Program-made: the position numbers and the translations under genes
The notes under the pieces: model-generated
Databases searched by the model: none
What the model was told of the DNA's origin: nothing
The model's input: only the letters and a program-made list of their open reading frames with translations
Source of the DNA: Oopsacas minuta
Taxonomy: Eukaryota > Animalia > Porifera
Direction of reading: 5' to 3'
Assembly: GCA_024704765.1 (NCBI GenBank)
Contig: JAKMXF010000166.1
Span: 398,743 to 462,742 of the forward strand
Length of the DNA: 64,000 bases
Shown here: one piece after another, positions 62,395 to 64,000 of the stretch
Layout of the letters: every line of letters starts with the position of its first letter
Position numbering within the stretch: position 1 is the first letter of the stretch

Positions 62395-63744
62395 CAGTGT
62401 CGGTCAAAATGAATTGCTCAAGATGAATGTATACAGTATAGTAAATGTCAAATTGTATACACTGGCCAGATAGTTGAATTCTTGCGAAACCATACTCAGC
62501 CATTTGTATTTTGACAAATAACACACCACACAGCTAATCCACTCATTATATTTGCACAACTTGCAGTTTTTATTTTGTATTCCTTTTTTTCCAATTTATC
62601 TGTTTTTATCGAATTTTCAATGCCTTCTAAACCCCGAATTTCCATTGAAAATCGAGCCAACCTGATACTACTTTCAGAAAGTGGCCATACTCAGATGGAG
62701 GTAGCTAAAATGGTTGGGTGTAGCCAAAAAAGTGTAGCCAAGATCCTTAAGAAACACAGGCTGACTGGCACGGTAAGAGACCTCGCTATTCCGCGTAGGC
62801 CTCGTGTCACAACCAAAAGGCAAGACAATTTATTGGTCAGAAAATGCAAAAAGGATCGATTTAAGACTGCTATTCAGATCAAAACTGAAGTGTTATCAGA
62901 ATATTCGATAAAACTTTCCACTTCAACAGTTCAGAGAAGGTTACGAGGGGCTGGACTGTTCGGACGAAACCGCGAAGGAAGCCCCGCCTTACTATCAAGC
63001 ACAAAAGAGACCGACTTTCCTTCACAAGATCGAACAAGTATTGGAATACTGAAGAATGGGCAAGAGTTGTGTTCAGTGACGAATCTAGGTTCCTACTGTA
63101 TACTAATGACGGGAGAGCCTACGTCAGGAGGATGAAAAGGGAGGAGTTCTCAGGGAGGTGTCTTCAAAAACTTGCAAGTTTGGTGGAGGTGGCATCATGG
63201 TTTGGGGATGGTTTTGCTGGAGTGGCGTAGGACTCTTGTGGAAAGTATCTGGGAACCTCAAGACAATTCCTACATTGATATATTGGAAAATGCACTAATC
63301 CCAAGCGTTGATTTGCATTCTCTACACTCTGGATGGACCTTTCAGCAAGACAACGCCCCATGCCATAGGTCAAAGGGTACTAAGCAATGGTTTGGTGAGC
63401 AAAAAATAGAGGTTATGAATTGGCCTGCTCAGTCACCTGATCTAAATCCGATTGAGAATCTTTGGGATCACATTTCCCTCAGAATTCAAGAGAAAAGCCC
63501 ATCCAACCACTCAGAGTTGTGGAATGCCATATTAAGCACTTGGGATAGCATCGACATTAACAGGCTCCATACTCTAATTGAGAGTTGCCGCAAAGATGTA
63601 AAGCCGTAATTCAAGCAAGAGGAGGTTCTACTAAATACTAACAACAATTTACTTGATTATAATAAAGCATTATAGTTAAAATCAGTCATAGATATAAGAA
63701 ATTGGGGTAAATTTATTCTGAGCAATTCTTTTTGACCGGCACTG
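62395..63744 (+). mobile_element. Tc1 (DD34E) transposon, full length, transposase frameshifted (62620-63640)
   Basis: TA|CAGTGTCGGTCAAAATGAATTGCTC ... GAGCAATTCTTTTTGACCGGCACTG|TA; paired-like HTH, VFSDES, QQDNAPCH..WPAQSPDLNPIENLW with 34 residues between D and E. Confidence 0.95.
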
Positions 63745-64000
63745 TATCTCTGACGAAAACTCTGTTAGAGTAATCACAATCATATTCTTTGATCTACATA
63801 TCAATTTGGTACTCGTATAACGATACAAAAGTATTATTTGTGCGTGGTGTCCAAAAATCAGATTGTCTATTGTCCAAACACGCCTATACAAGTGACAAGT
63901 AGCATATAATAGTATGACATACATAATGATCTTGCACATTACTTATTTAGGCAATGTTTGACTGTTCGTGGGTAGATCAAATACTTTGTGCTTTCAATTT

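Overview
AT-rich, intron-poor animal genomic DNA. The gene content (coiled-coil+NHL and TRAF expansions, an adhesion GPCR, short introns) is what I would expect from a sponge-like genome; this taxon guess is inference only. Apparently intact genes: a B4GALNT3/4-like glycosyltransferase, two tandem TMEM179-like 4-TM genes, AP4B1, three atypical Rab1-like GTPases, a GST-UGT-GST cluster, a 5-exon NPHP4, and a 2-exon CBM48+esterase-fold gene. A multi-exon C-type-lectin adhesion GPCR is only partly resolved. Broken genes: four NHL-repeat genes and two TRAF genes. Mobile DNA: a full-length hAT (Buster/Charlie-type) element, a Tc1 DD34E element, Helitron-, MULE- and MITE-type non-autonomous elements, a Gypsy relic, and three long near-perfect inverted repeats, two with target-site duplications. 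Most striking observations: (1) three dispersed Rab1-like genes share a near-identical 3' constant half while their P-loop/switch halves are radically diverged; (2) a bacterial-style CBM48-esterase has an intron and has lost its catalytic Ser; (3) the tandem 4-TM paralogs have extracellular loops more diverged than their non-coding flanks; (4) two giant foldback elements are present, one 38-47 bp upstream of the NPHP4 start. All coordinates and alignments were done by eye.
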